Numbered from the stretch's first letter, positions 25,079 through 43,847 are shown. The stretch is DNA of 64,000 bases from Dictyostelium discoideum (GCA_000004695.1 CM000151.3:1536001-1600000); one strand, 5' to 3'. Notes: generated by a model from the sequence alone, not told the origin. Translations and numbers: made by a program.

Positions 25079-25852
25079 ATTATTACTATTTATAATTTTA
25101 TTATGTTTATCTAATTTTTTAAATGATACAAATAATAAGATACCATAAATTAAGAAACCAAATCCTGCAACTAAAAACAATCCACTAATTATACCTTCAA
25201 TGATTTGATCTAATAATAATCTTCTATCTTCAGTTTTACCCCATATTGTTAAGGTTACAATCCAACCAACCAAAGCTAAAACCATTATCGTTGTGAATAC
25301 CACTACTCTTGGTATCCAAATATTCCAAAAATCTTTTGCCGTTGTAAATGGTTGAGAGAATCTTGAATATAATTCCATCCAAAATAATAATAAACAACCA
25401 TATCCTACAAACAATAACATACTTGATACCTCATACCAAATAAGAACAATATCATAGTTATTAATCTTTTGTGATGAAAAAAAGAATCCACTTCTTACTA
25501 AATAAATTTAAAAAAGAAAATAAAAAAATAATAAAAAAAAAAGTTAATAAATTGTTATTATTTTTATTTATTTCTTTATTTATTTCTTTATTTTTGAAAT
25601 ATATTTACCTAACATTGTAACAGCAATGATAAAATGAAAAATAAGTTTTGGTTTTAAATTTTTTGCACCATTTCTACTATATATGAGTATTCTAATTAAT
25701 TGGAATAATGCCCATAAGAATAGTAATCCATCTATAATTCCTAAAATATAATATAAATTTATATTGTATCCATTAATATCATCATCACTGTTACCGCTAC
25801 CACTACCACTACTACTCTTAAGTTTTAACCTAAGAAATGATTCAACCAACAT
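24308..25852 (-). CDS. Seven-transmembrane membrane protein with a long poly-Asn loop; 2 exons: complement(join(24308..25497,25609..25852))
   Basis: Exon 1 ends ...AVTMLG with donor GTAAAT (plus-strand 25608-25603), acceptor tttatttag, phase 1, and the codon is completed as GTA in exon 2. Seven hydrophobic segments (LYYILGIIDGLLFLWALFQLI, LIFHFIIAVTMLG..., IVLIWYEVSSMLLFVGYGCLLLF, VVVFTTIMVLALVGWIVTLTIW, IISGLFLVAGFGFLIYGILLFV, AAVVGSICTVCFCIRSIITLYSI, LAYFFMTEILPTVLMMF). An (AAT/ATT)n-encoded Asn-rich insert lies between TM5 and TM6. Confidence 0.6.
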
Positions 25853-26469
25853 ATTTAACTATTCTATTCCCTATTACAACTACTATAAATATAACTATAA
25901 TTGATTATTATAATTATTTTATAGTAGTGTTTTATTTATTTTATTTATTTTATTTTATTTTTATTTTATTTTATTATTCTTTATTTTATTTTATTTTAAT
26001 CAAAAAAAAAAAAAAAAAATAATTAAGATGGGTAGTAGGGAAATGAATTAATTTACAAATAAAAAAAAAAATAATGATGGGTGTGGAAAAATAAAAAAAA
26101 AAATAAAAAAATAAAAAATTAAAAAAAAAAAATAAAAAAAAAATGAAAATTTTGGAAACCGTTGCCTGTCACATAACAGGATAAAAAAAAAAAAAAAATA
26201 AAAAAAAAAAAATAAAAATAATAAAAATAATAAAAATAATAAAATTATAACAAAAAATCAATAAATGGACTAAAATGGAATAAAAACAAAAATAAAAATA
26301 AAAATAAAAAATTTTTAAATGATATTAATTGGAAACTCAATGTTTTGTTTTCAAAAGATAATTAAATGTGAAAATGAAAAAAAAAAAAAATGGGTTGGGA
26401 TTTTATCTTAATAAAAAAATATTTTTTTTGGCTTTTTTTTTTTTTTTTTTTTTTTTTTGGATTTTTTTA

Positions 26470-26500
<31 letters not shown>

Positions 26501-26524
26501 TTTATAATTTTTTTAATTTTTTTT

Positions 26525-26559
<35 letters not shown>

Positions 26560-26719
26560 CATCACTATTTATTGCCTATATCTTTAGCTTTTGTTGCTTT
26601 TGTTGTATTTATATTGTACCCTTTCAAACTTTTTTTTGTTTTTAATAGAATAAAAAAAACCATATTATTTTTATTACCGATAAATATATATAAATATAAA
26701 AAAATAATAATAATATAAA

Positions 26720-27332
26720 ATGGCCTCAAATCAAGAACTCGTTCAAATCGCCACAAACTTTTTATTAAATGCACCACCATGCGAATTTATGGAAGTTGTT
26801 TCAGGTAAGAATTTAATTTAATTTATTTGGAATCAACAATGAACAACGAAAACATATTCGTCTCATAGATAGGATTTTTTTTTTTTTTTTATATTTATTA
26901 GGTGACAGTGTGTGGTGTGTTTAGTTTTTTTTTTTTTTTTCCTTACAATCAAATTCTTAATTCTTAAATATTAAAATAATTTTATTTTATTTATTTTTGT
27001 TTTAAAAACAGATGTTCGTGCTCTCCTTCCAAGTGAATCATTATTAAATGCCTCAGCTGGTTCAACATTCAGAGAATACAATACATCACAAATGGTTAGT
27101 GTACAAACATCAAAAGGTTCAGCTTTAATTACCAAAGAAGGTGAAATTAGCAACAACGAATATTTAGATCCAAAGAATAAACAAGTTATTACTTATGATC
27201 ATATTAAACAAGTATGTTTTTAATTATTTTAGGGAAAAAAAAAAAAAAAAACATACCATACCATACTAACATAAAATTTATAATTTATTCAATTTTTACC
27301 AAAACAAAACTTTTCAATTAATGATCAATTTA

Positions 27333-27375
<43 letters not shown>

Positions 27376-27802
27376 CAAATCTTTGTTTTTGTTAATAATT
27401 TAATAGGAAGTCACTGGTGAACGTTCAGCATCAGGTGAAATTGAACAAGATATTGAACAATACAGAGCAGCATTTGATGAAGAAGCAACCAAATATTGTA
27501 ATGAATATTATCCAAATGGTGTAAGTGCCGTTTATGGTACCAAAGTATCAGAAGGTATTAAAATTACCGTTTGTATCTCTACCTGCATATACAAACCAAA
27601 CGCTTTCTACTCTGGTAGATGGAGATCAGTTTGGACCTGTACTTTCAAACCAGGTAGTGGTAATGTAACCTCAAATGGTAAAGTTCAAGTTAATGTTCAT
27701 TACTTTGAAGATGGTAATGTTCAATTAAACACTGTCACTCAAAAACAAACTACTTCACCATCTGCTGTAAGTTTTATATTCATATATATATATTTTTGAA
27801 TT

Positions 27803-27833
<31 letters not shown>

Positions 27834-28080
27834 CAAATAGTTACTAATTAATTTTTATATTTATTTTTTAAAACTTTAGGATGCACAATCAACTGCAGTC
27901 AATGCATTTAAAGCAATTGGTAAAGCTGAACTTAACCTCCACACCGCACTTGATAACAATTACTCCACTATGGGTGATACCACATTCAAAGCCCTTAGAC
28001 GTGCTCTTCCAATCAATCGTACCAAAATCAACTGGCAAAAAGTCAAAAACTTCAAAATTGCCAATGAACTCAATAAATAA
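26720..28080 (+). CDS. acpB: F-actin capping protein alpha subunit (Cap34); join(26720..26804,27012..27211,27407..27766,27880..28080)
   Basis: Protein MASNQELVQIATNFLLNAPPCEFMEVVS / DVRALLPSES...DHIKQ / EVTGERSASGEIEQD...YSGRWRSVWTCTFKPGSGNVTSNGKVQVNVHYFEDGNVQLNTV...SPSA / DAQSTAVNAFK...DTTFKALRRALPINRTKINWQKVKNFKIANELNK. Collinear with CapZ-alpha (APPGEF, GRWRSxW, HYYEDGNVQL, TFKALRRQLPVTRTKIDW). All introns are GTAAGA/GTATGT/GTAAGT...AG with consistent phases. Confidence 0.85.
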
Positions 28081-28449
28081 ATTTAAAACTAATTCACTCT
28101 TGTTCACCAATTCTATATTAATATCTTGTCACACGTAAAATAAAAAATAAAAAATAAATAAAAATAAAATAAATAAAAATAATTATTTATTTATTTACAA
28201 TTAAAAAAAAAAAAAAAAAAAAAAAAAACCAAAGTTTAAAAGAAGAATTGATTGTTAACTTTATAATTAAATTCCAATTATTGATTTTATTAAAAATAGT
28301 AAAAAAAAAAAAAAAAAAAAAAGTTTTCCAGTTTTTTTGTTTAATTAAACAACAAAAAATTAAAAATCCCAAATTAACATAAAACTAGATTTATTTTTAA
28401 TGAGTGAATTTATAATTATAAATTATATATTTATTTATTGTAGAAACAA

Positions 28450-31400
28450 TTAACGTTTACTTAAACCATCTAAAAATTTTTTCTCTTTTTTCTTCTTTCT
28501 ATAAAGGAAAGAAGCCAAACCAGCTAAACAAACTGTGGCACCAGCACCAATAGAAAGTCCAGTGGCAAGTTTCCAATTTGCTTTATCATCTGATTCGCAA
28601 TCACCTGTTTTTTTATTTTCAACATTCAAAAGCATTCCAAAATCTTTATAAAAAAAAATAAATAAAAAAAAAAAATAAAAATTAATATATAATGATAAAT
28701 TAGAGGGGGAGAGGGGTTTAATAGATAAATACCTGGGTCAATAATTGATTGTTTTGAAAAGTATGGAACTGAAATACCAATAATTGAAGTTTTTTTATTT
28801 GAGCTATATGATAAATCTTCGATGTTGGCAGTGATTGGAGTGGTGGAATCCAATTCAGCCAAAGATACAAATCTTGCAACCATGCCAGATTCAGAGTTTT
28901 CAGTTGTACTCCAAAGGTGTTGATTATAGGTGGTAGTAACAGAGTTACTGATTGAACATTTTTCAACATCTTCATTTTTAACGATTGTATCTGTTTGAAC
29001 GACAACTCTTAATGAACTTAATTTTGAACGGAATGGCCATTTCATTGTTTTAAATGATAGTTTTAATGATTCTGCTGGAATAATGAATGAACTTGATGCA
29101 AATGTAATGTTTCTAGATTTTTCAAAGTATTCAAAAGTTGCTTCTAAATATGATTTATTTTCCAATGTAATATTGAATATCCATTGATTTGGAGCATTTG
29201 AACTACCATTCCATTTTGCATTTGATAATGGGAATGAAGTTTCTTCAATTATTGCATTATTAAAATCCAATTCTTCAATTCTAACAATTGTAATTTTATA
29301 ACCAAACCCATCATTATCACCATTGTTATCAACATCGATTGAAGGGGTTTCTGGATTGGTTGGTGGGAATTTTGGAATAATTCCACCTGATGTTTCATTA
29401 CAAGAAATACCAGTGAATCCATCTGCGCACTTACAACCAAATGATGTACATATACCTTTACCACTGTCTGAATTACAATCACCTGGACAACTACCAGATT
29501 CTAATGTTGAATAGGTGAAATAATAATCATTTGCAACTGGTAAACCATCAACAACCAAATCTATTATATTAGTATAGACTTTTGATGTTGACTCCAATTC
29601 ACATGTTAATTCAGAATGAGACTTGATTTCAACATTACTACAATGTTTATTACCAATATTAAGTGTTGCCATAGATTTTGATCCAATACCAAAGTTTGAA
29701 CCAGATACAGTTAAAATACCACCACTTGCATAAACTTTGGATGCTGATGAAATAATTGGATTTGCATAGGTTAAATACATCAAGTCAGTGTTTGTTACTG
29801 ATTCATTTAATAATCTAATATAATTGAAGCTACCTGAACCTTCTCCAATTGTACATATTATTTGATCACTTGATAATGGTTGTGAGATTGGACAATCAAC
29901 TGAATTAATTATTAATTGAACTGAACCTAAAGTTGGGAAGTTTCTACCTTTAATTGTAATTAAACCACCAATGGTTGATGGACTATTTAAATATTCAATA
30001 ACAAATGGTGCACCTGAAAAATTGAATGGTTCTGATAGAATATCGTTTGCCTCAACTAAAACTTTCCCAATTACTTCTTTACCTTCTCTAGTTGAACATT
30101 CTGCATATGTATCATTACCATTTAAATATTGACAAACCATCATCTCTTCTCCAATAGTAATAGTTGTTGCGAATTCTACAAAATGTAAACCTTCAACAAT
30201 GAATACATTGGATCTTGATGGTTTTTGATAAAAGTTTGTGATGATTGGTTTTGGTTCACATGTAAATTGTGATGAATGTGAGTAATCGCTTGGGCTACAT
30301 TGACAAATATAACTACCATTTCTATTTTCACAAACTGTATTTAAACCGCATTCATTCAATTCCTTTGATGAACATTCATCAATATCTTCACAATAGGTAC
30401 CATTATTTGAAAATCCATCAATAGATGGGCAGACACATAAGTATGAACCAACAGTATTTTGACAAGAAGTAAATTCACCAAAACATTTGTTATCTTGGGT
30501 TTCGCATTCATTAATATCATCACAGGATAAACCATTTAAATTATAACCTGGATCACATGAGCATTCAAAACTACCAATTGAATTTTTACAATTTTGTTGG
30601 CATCCACCATTTTTACCATCTAAACATTCATCAATATCCTCACAATAGGTACCATTATTTGAAAATCCATTGGATGGGCAAACACATAAATAAGAGCCAG
30701 CAGTATTTTGACAAGAAGTAAACTCTCCAACACATTTATTATCACCTGTTTGGCATTCATTAATATCATCACAAGAGAAACCATTTACATTATAACCTGG
30801 TTGACATGAACAATCAAAGCTACCAATTGAATTTTTACATATTTGACTACATCCACCATTATTACCATCTAAACACTCATCAATATCTTCACAGTAGGTA
30901 CCATTATTTGAATATCCATTAGATGGACAAACACATAAATATGAACCATTTGTATTTTGACAAGAAGTATACTCTCCAACACATTTATTATCTCCTGTTT
31001 GGCATTCATTAATATCTTGACAAGAGAAACCATTTGAAATATAACCTGGATCACATGAGCATTCAAAACTGCCAATTGAATTTTTACAATTTTGTTGGCA
31101 TCCACCATTTTTACCATCTTGACATTCATTAATATCATCACAAGAGAAACCATTCAAACTATAACCTGGCATACATGAACAACTAAAACCACCAATTGAA
31201 TTTGTACAATTATGTTGACATCCACCATTTTTACCATCTAAACATTCGTTAACATCATCACAAGAAAAATCATCATTTGAGGATTTAATATAACCAGTTG
31301 GACATTTACATGAATATGAACCAATTGAATTTTCACAAATTGATGGTGAATTACATTTATTGGAACCATCTAAACATTCATTTTGATCTTGACAAGAGAA

Positions 31401-32172
31401 TCTATCTTGTGGAGGATTAATAAAACCTGATGGGCATTTACAGTTATAGCTGCCAATTGAATTATCACAAACTGCGAGGCTAGAACCATTACATTTATGA
31501 GTATTTAAGCTGCATTCATCAATATCCAAACAAGAAGCTCCATTCTTTGAATAGCCACTTTGACAAGAGCATTCAAAACCTCCTGGATTATTTGTACATA
31601 TTTGACTACATCCACCTTTATTAACCAAACATTCATCTACATCGATACATGATAACCCATCGGTACTCTTTATATATCCCGCTGGACAATTACAATTGTA
31701 ACCACCTTGAGTATTTGCACAGGTAGCTGGTGAAACACACTTTTGAGCTCCAGTTGCACATTCATCAACATCTATATAGGATATTATTTCAAAAAATATT
31801 AGAGTCAAACTCTATTTTATAAAAAACAAATAAATAAAAAAAACTAATCAATACTACTTACCAGTGCAACCTTTTTTGTCTGAATTGAGTGTATAACCTG
31901 TGTCGCAGCTACAGGTGGATGAACCAAATGTATTGGTACATATTTGAGCACAACCTCCATTGGAAGTAGCACATTCATCGATATCGATACATGATAATCC
32001 ATCTGTACTCTTTGTATACCCAGCAGGACAATTACAATTGTAACTACCTTGAGTATTTGCGCAGGTAGCTGGTGAAACACATTTGTGAGTTCCAGTTGTG
32101 CATTCATCAATATCAGTTGAACATACTGGGAAATTTGTATATCCATTTTGACATACACTTTGACCCTAAAGT

Positions 32173-32235
<63 letters not shown>

Positions 32236-32649
32236 TTAATTAGAATTAAAAATTTTTATTTTCCCAACTTAAGTTTTTTTTTTTTTTTTTTTTTTGTTTT
32301 GTAAAATAAAAAAATACTTACATAGTCCCAAACTGAAACTACTCCAACTTTGGCTCCGGGACTGCTTTCACATGATGCTCTACCAGCTTGTGAAACAGAT
32401 GGAGAAGAATTTACTTCGAAAACTGTATTTGGATATAATGGGACATCACATTTAAATGATACAAAATATCTATTTGTATTATCCAAAGTATCATTTTGGT
32501 TTGACCATGGTGAAGTTGTAGCTCCATCACCACAGGACCCACCAACTGAACGAAAAACAGACATATCCGTAATAACTCTAGCCATTTGGCAATCCTTTTT
32601 ATTAATATTATTATTTTTATTATTATTATTATTTTTATTATTATTATTA

Positions 32650-32742
<93 letters not shown>

Positions 32743-32983
32743 TACATATTTTTGAAAAATTAGTAAATTATTTAAAAAAAATAAATTTCATTATCATTAA
32801 AAATAAACATACAACTGAATTTACTTGATTATTTTTTATATTATGATAGTTCCAAGCTTTTAATGTGGCCCCAGCTGGGCAATTTGGTGCTGCTGTATAA
32901 CCAAGATAAACATTGTTTACACCAGAAGATGTTATACACTAAATTCAAGGATAATAAATTTAATAATAAGTATACAACCATTT

Positions 32984-33017
<34 letters not shown>

Positions 33018-33426
33018 CAAAAAAAAAAATACAAAAAAAAATACAAAAAAAAAAAAAAAAATCAATTTATTATTATTTTTTAATGGTACTTACATAAGAA
33101 GAACTAATTAAGGTTGAGCCTGAGTGACAATTATTGCTACCCTTTATTATCGAATATTACATAGTTTAAATTATTATTTTTGATTTTTAATATTTAAATA
33201 TTAATGATTTGGAGAAAAAAAAAAAAGAAAAGAAAAAAAAATAAAAAAAAAATAAAAAATAGTTGATGTTAGTGGGGGTTAAAAAATTCCGAGTGATCGA
33301 TTTAAATCACACACTTACAGGATTCCATGTGTATCCACTTGGACAAATTTGTCCAAATGAAAAAGAAGTTAAACTATTTAAAAAAATAAAAACTAATAAT
33401 AAATTAGAAATCAAATTTAATTTCAT
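28450..33426 (-). CDS. Large secreted/type-I membrane protein with ~15 calcium-binding EGF-like repeats, IPT/TIG-like domains and a C-terminal TM; 7 exons: complement(join(28450..28643,28733..31771,31862..32165,32322..32594,32825..32938,33094..33141,33319..33426))
   Basis: Exon 1 encodes signal peptide MKLNLISNLLLVFIFLNSLTSFSFG. Repeated D(I/V)(D/N)EC...C.N..GS(Y/F)xCxC...G(Y/F) cbEGF modules. IPT-like stretches (ITIKGRNFPTLGSVQLIINSVDCP; ILTVSGSNFGIGS). Final exon encodes the TM segment LATGLSIGAGATVCLAGLASFLYRKKKK. Splice sites were read directly: donors GTAAGT, GTAAAT and GTATTT, all acceptors AG, and phases 0/0/0/0/1/1 are mutually consistent. The two smallest exons (33094..33141 and 32825..32938) are the least certain. 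Confidence 0.65.
32175..32237. repeat. (TAA)n microsatellite within an intron of the EGF/IPT gene
   Basis: Perfect taataataa run. Confidence 0.9.
32598..32746. repeat. (TTA)n microsatellite, ~45 units, within an intron of the EGF/IPT gene
   Basis: Near-perfect attattatt run. It produces the spurious poly-I and poly-Y ORFs 32350..32763 and 32586..32828. Confidence 0.9.
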
Positions 33427-33876
33427 TTTTTAATTATTATTTTTTATATGAAAAATTGAAAATAAAGGGAATAAAGGGATTAAAAAAAAAAAATGATATT
33501 GTTGCTGGGAAAAATTATCATTGCGCGGAGTTTGTGTGAGAAAAACGTTCGAAAAAATGAAAAATAAATAAAAATCATTGAAAAGGAAGATATCAGTGGT
33601 TTTTTGAAATGAAAGCAGTTGGAATGAATCCATTTAATAAAAATATATGCTTGTCGGGTTTTTCTATGACAGATGATCATAGATAGAGTAGATATTTTGG
33701 ATTTCAAAAAATATCACACACTTTTTTTTTTTGATTTTTATAATTTTATTTTTTTCATTTTTTTTTTGATTTTTTTTTTTACCAACCGTCAACCAGCACC
33801 AATTTTATTTAATTTCGTCAAAAAAACAGTTCAAAAATTAATACGATTTTTGACTATAAATAATACCAGGGTCTTA

Positions 33877-34024
33877 AATGAAATAAACAAATTTAACATT
33901 ATGATTCTAAATTTGTAAAATTTTTTTATAAAAAAAAAAAAAAATTTTTTTGTTTTTATTATTTTTTTTTTTTTAAAAATTTTACAAATTTAGAATCATA
34001 TTGTTAAATTTGTTTATTTCATTT
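33877..34024. repeat. Foldback-like inverted repeat, ~50-bp arms around a ~48-bp A/T loop, in the divergent promoter between the EGF/IPT gene and the Prx-like gene
   Basis: Left arm aaatgaaataaacaaatttaacattatgattctaaatttgtaaaattttt. The reverse complement of the right arm (33975-34024) is identical except for 2 mismatches. It is followed by a direct repeat of ttgtttatttcattttaattt...tttatattttatatcttt at 34010-34075 and 34088-34150. Confidence 0.8.
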
Positions 34025-34335
34025 TAATTTAATAATTTCATATTTTATATCTTTTTTTTTAAAAAAATATAAAATAATAAAGATAAAAAATTCTAAATTT
34101 GTTTATTTTATTTTAATTTTTAATTTTATATTTTATATCTTTGTTTTTTTTTTTTTTTTTAAAAAAAAAAAATATTTAAGGATTTAGGTTTGGTATAATA
34201 AAAATTATTAACAACTCGAAAAAAATAAGATTACATAGATTTATAATCTCCCCACTCTTAATTAATATATAATTTCAATTTTCTAATCATACAACTTTCA
34301 TTCTAAATATGAATAATTCCAACACGGGGCACATA

Positions 34336-34382
<47 letters not shown>

Positions 34383-34397
34383 CAAAAAAATTTAAAT

Positions 34398-34594
34398 TCA
34401 TTTAATAGATTTTCTGTTATTACTTTTTAAATTATCTTAAAAATTATTTTATAATATAAAACTTTTTATATCAAAAAAAAAAAAAAAAAAAAAATTTATT
34501 TCTTTTAATTTCAATTATAAGATAATTAAAAATTCATTTAATAGATTCTGTGTTATTATCCTTTTAAATAATCTTAAAAAATATTTTATAACAC

Positions 34595-34632
<38 letters not shown>

Positions 34633-34690
34633 AATTTCTTTTAATTTCAATTATAAAATAATTAAAAATTCAAATAATAATTATTTCATT
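34398..34690. repeat. ~135-bp tandem direct repeat, 2+ units, upstream of the Prx-like gene
   Basis: Units ttcatttaatagatt(t)tctgttatta...atcttaaaaa(t)tattttataa...(A)n...tttcttttaatttcaattataa(g/a)ataattaaaaa at 34398-34540 and 34541-34670, then a partial third start. Confidence 0.75.
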
Positions 34691-34827
34691 AAAAAAAATA
34701 AAAAAAATAAAAACAAAGAAAGAGTATTTAAGGAATGTAATTTCTTTTTTTTTTTTTTCATTTCAAAAATAAAACAATTAAAACAACAATTAAACTCAAA
34801 CAAATAATATCAAACAAATAAATAAAA

Positions 34828-35463
34828 ATGACACACACTAAATTAAAAGGTAATATATTAAAAATATTATTTTTGAAATTATTATTATTTTAATTAACTT
34901 TTATTTTATTATATTTTAATTTATTTTTTATTATTTTAGAAGGAGACGTTTCACCAAACTTTAATGCACCAGACCAAAATGGAATTCGTTTAACCTTGGA
35001 TGATAGTAAATTCCAGAATAAAACTATAATAATTTTCTTTTATCCAAAGAATGAAAGTAAATCTGGTGCAAATATGGCACGTGAATTTAGAGATAACTAT
35101 CAAATTCTAAAAACATTACAATGTGAAGTAATTGGAGTTAATTATGATGATCACCAAAAAAACCAACAATTTGCCCAATTTAATGATATTCCATTTTCAA
35201 TGTTATCTGATACTGATGGAGCAATTGCAAGAAGATTTGGAGTTCACAAAGATTTGTTAATTTTTCCTTCAAAAACAACATTTGTTATTAACAAAGAACA
35301 TAGAATTGATACTATTTATTCGAATCCAATTAAAGTTGAATCACATCTAAAACAAGCATTAAAAGCTGTTGAAAAAATGAAAAATTCACCACAAAATTCT
35401 ACCAATCATACTGTAGCTTCTAATACAACAACAAACCCTGCTGTTAGTAATCCAATTTCATAA
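34828..35463 (+). CDS. Peroxiredoxin-Q/BCP-like thioredoxin-fold protein lacking the peroxidatic cysteine; join(34828..34849,34940..35463)
   Basis: MTHTKLK | (E)GDVSPNFNAPDQNGIRLTLDDSKFQNKTIIIFFYPKNESKSGANMAREFRDNYQILKTLQCEVIGVNYDDHQKNQQFAQFNDIPFSMLSDTDGAIARRFGV aligns with BCP (G.xAPDFxLxDQxGxxVxLxDxxGKxVVLYFYPKDFTPGCTxExxxFRD...VxGVSxDxxxSxxxFxxKxxLxFxLLSDxxxxVxxxYGV). The FTPGC motif is replaced by ESKSGA. Donor GTAATA, acceptor ttttag. An alternative acceptor 3 nt downstream is also in frame. Confidence 0.7.
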
Positions 35464-35509
35464 TTTTTAATAATAAAAATTGTTTCCTCCGTTTCTAAAT
35501 TAAAAAATA

Positions 35510-35554
<45 letters not shown>

Positions 35555-36221
35555 AACAAAAAAAAAAATTCTTCAAAATAAATATTTTTATTTTTATTAT
35601 TATTTATTTTGATTGCAGTAACAATGTAATAATATTTATTCTTTACAAAAAAAAAAAAAAAAAATAAAAAAAAAATTAAAAAAAAAGTTGAAAAAAAAAA
35701 AAAAAAAAAAGGATTTGGTTTTTTTTTAGGGATCTAAGTAAACTGGGCGTTCGTGTGTGCAATATATAATTTTAATTTGGAATTCTTTTTTAATTTTTAT
35801 TTTTTTTATTAAAAATTTTAATTAATCTAAATGTATACATTCTTTTTTTTTTTTTTTGTTATTATTTTTTTATTTTTTTTTTTTTTTTTTTTTTTTAATT
35901 TTTTTTTGTTTTTTTTTTTTAATTTAAATAATTAATTAATTTTTAAAACATATCTCAAATAAAAAATAAAAAAAAAAATAAAAATAAAAAAAAAAAAAAA
36001 AGCGCAAACGTCGTCAAAAAATTTAAAAAAAAAAAAAAAAAAAAATCTAGCTTGTTAACAATTAAAAATCAAAAAATCAAAAGAAAAAAAGAGAATAATA
36101 AAAATAATAAAATAAATTTAAAATTTTAATAATAATAAAAATAATAATAATAATATTAAAAAAAAAATCAAAAAAAAAAAAAAAAAAGAGATTACCTGTT
36201 GTTTATTTTCCATTCCCACAA

Positions 36222-36265
<44 letters not shown>

Positions 36266-36925
36266 ATTTTTTTTTTTTTTCAATTTTCAAAACAAAAAAT
36301 AATTTTTTATTTTATTTTTTATTTTTTTTTTTTATTTTTTTTTTTTATTTTTTATTTTTTTTTTCTCACAAAACATTCACACAAGCCCAAATTTATAATC
36401 CAATCAACATTGACCAATAACAATCCAACAAATTTTTTTTTTTACACTGTGTGAATTATTATATTAAAAACAAAAAAATAAAATAATTTTAAAAAAAAAA
36501 AGATTTCAAATAAAAATAAAAAAAAAAAACTCTCATAATTATGTGTAGAGTTGAATAAAACAATAAAATATTTAAATAATATCTTGAATAAAAAAAAAAA
36601 AAAAAAATAAAAAAAAAAAAAAAATAAGCAACCTCAAGCTGTCAATCAATAAAAATAAAAATAATAATAATATCACTACAAATTGTACTACTAGATTAAA
36701 ATAAAAATTTAATATTTTTTAAGTTTTTACATCAATTTATTTATTTATTCGGTTCAAATATATACAAAAGTTTTATTAGTAGTATATATATTTTAAAATA
36801 TCTTAAAAAACATCCCTCATCACAAATCTCAAAAAAAAACTCAAAAAAAAAAAAAAACACAAAACCACACACACAATAATTGATCTTTTCTTTTTATATA
36901 AATAAATTAAATAATTCATATTGAA

Positions 36926-43568
<6,643 letters not shown>

Positions 43569-43692
43569 TCTTTAAAAATTTTTAGTAATTTGTGGATAAA
43601 ACTAAAATTTTATCCATAAATTACTATTTGTAAATTTCAAAACCAAAAAAAAAAAAAAAAAAAAAAAACTTCTTTCATTATTATTATTATTT

Positions 43693-43726
<34 letters not shown>

Positions 43727-43847
43727 GATATATTTTTATTTTTTATTTTTAATTTTTAATTGTTGATAATAAATACTACTATTTTATAAAAACATTTCTA
43801 TGGCCAAAAAAACCATAACAATGTAATTATGAAATAGTACTAAATAT

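Noticed and set aside
24908-25114. Plus-strand poly-Ile/Thr ORF
   Set aside because: Antisense of the (AAT)n loop region of the 7-TM gene.
28626-28732. ORF-track C-terminus ...IYHYILIFIFFFYLFFFIKILECF of the 1060-aa minus ORF
   Set aside because: It is read-through into an 89-bp intron (donor GTATTT at 28732, acceptor ...tataaag at 28644). The true C-terminus, a TM helix plus KKKKEKK tail, lies in the next exon 28450..28643.
32350-32828. Plus-strand ORFs 32350..32763 and 32586..32828 (poly-Ile, poly-Tyr)
   Set aside because: They run through the intronic (TTA)n array and antisense to exon 4 of the EGF/IPT gene. They have no coding signal apart from the repeat.
33673-33918. ORF 33673..33918 (81 aa, Phe/Ile-rich)
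   Set aside because: It lies in the divergent promoter and overlaps the foldback repeat; the composition reflects T-rich DNA rather than coding sequence.
36199-36454. ORFs 36199..36420 and 36263..36454 (poly-Phe)
   Set aside because: Translations of a long poly(T) intergenic tract upstream of the kinase gene.
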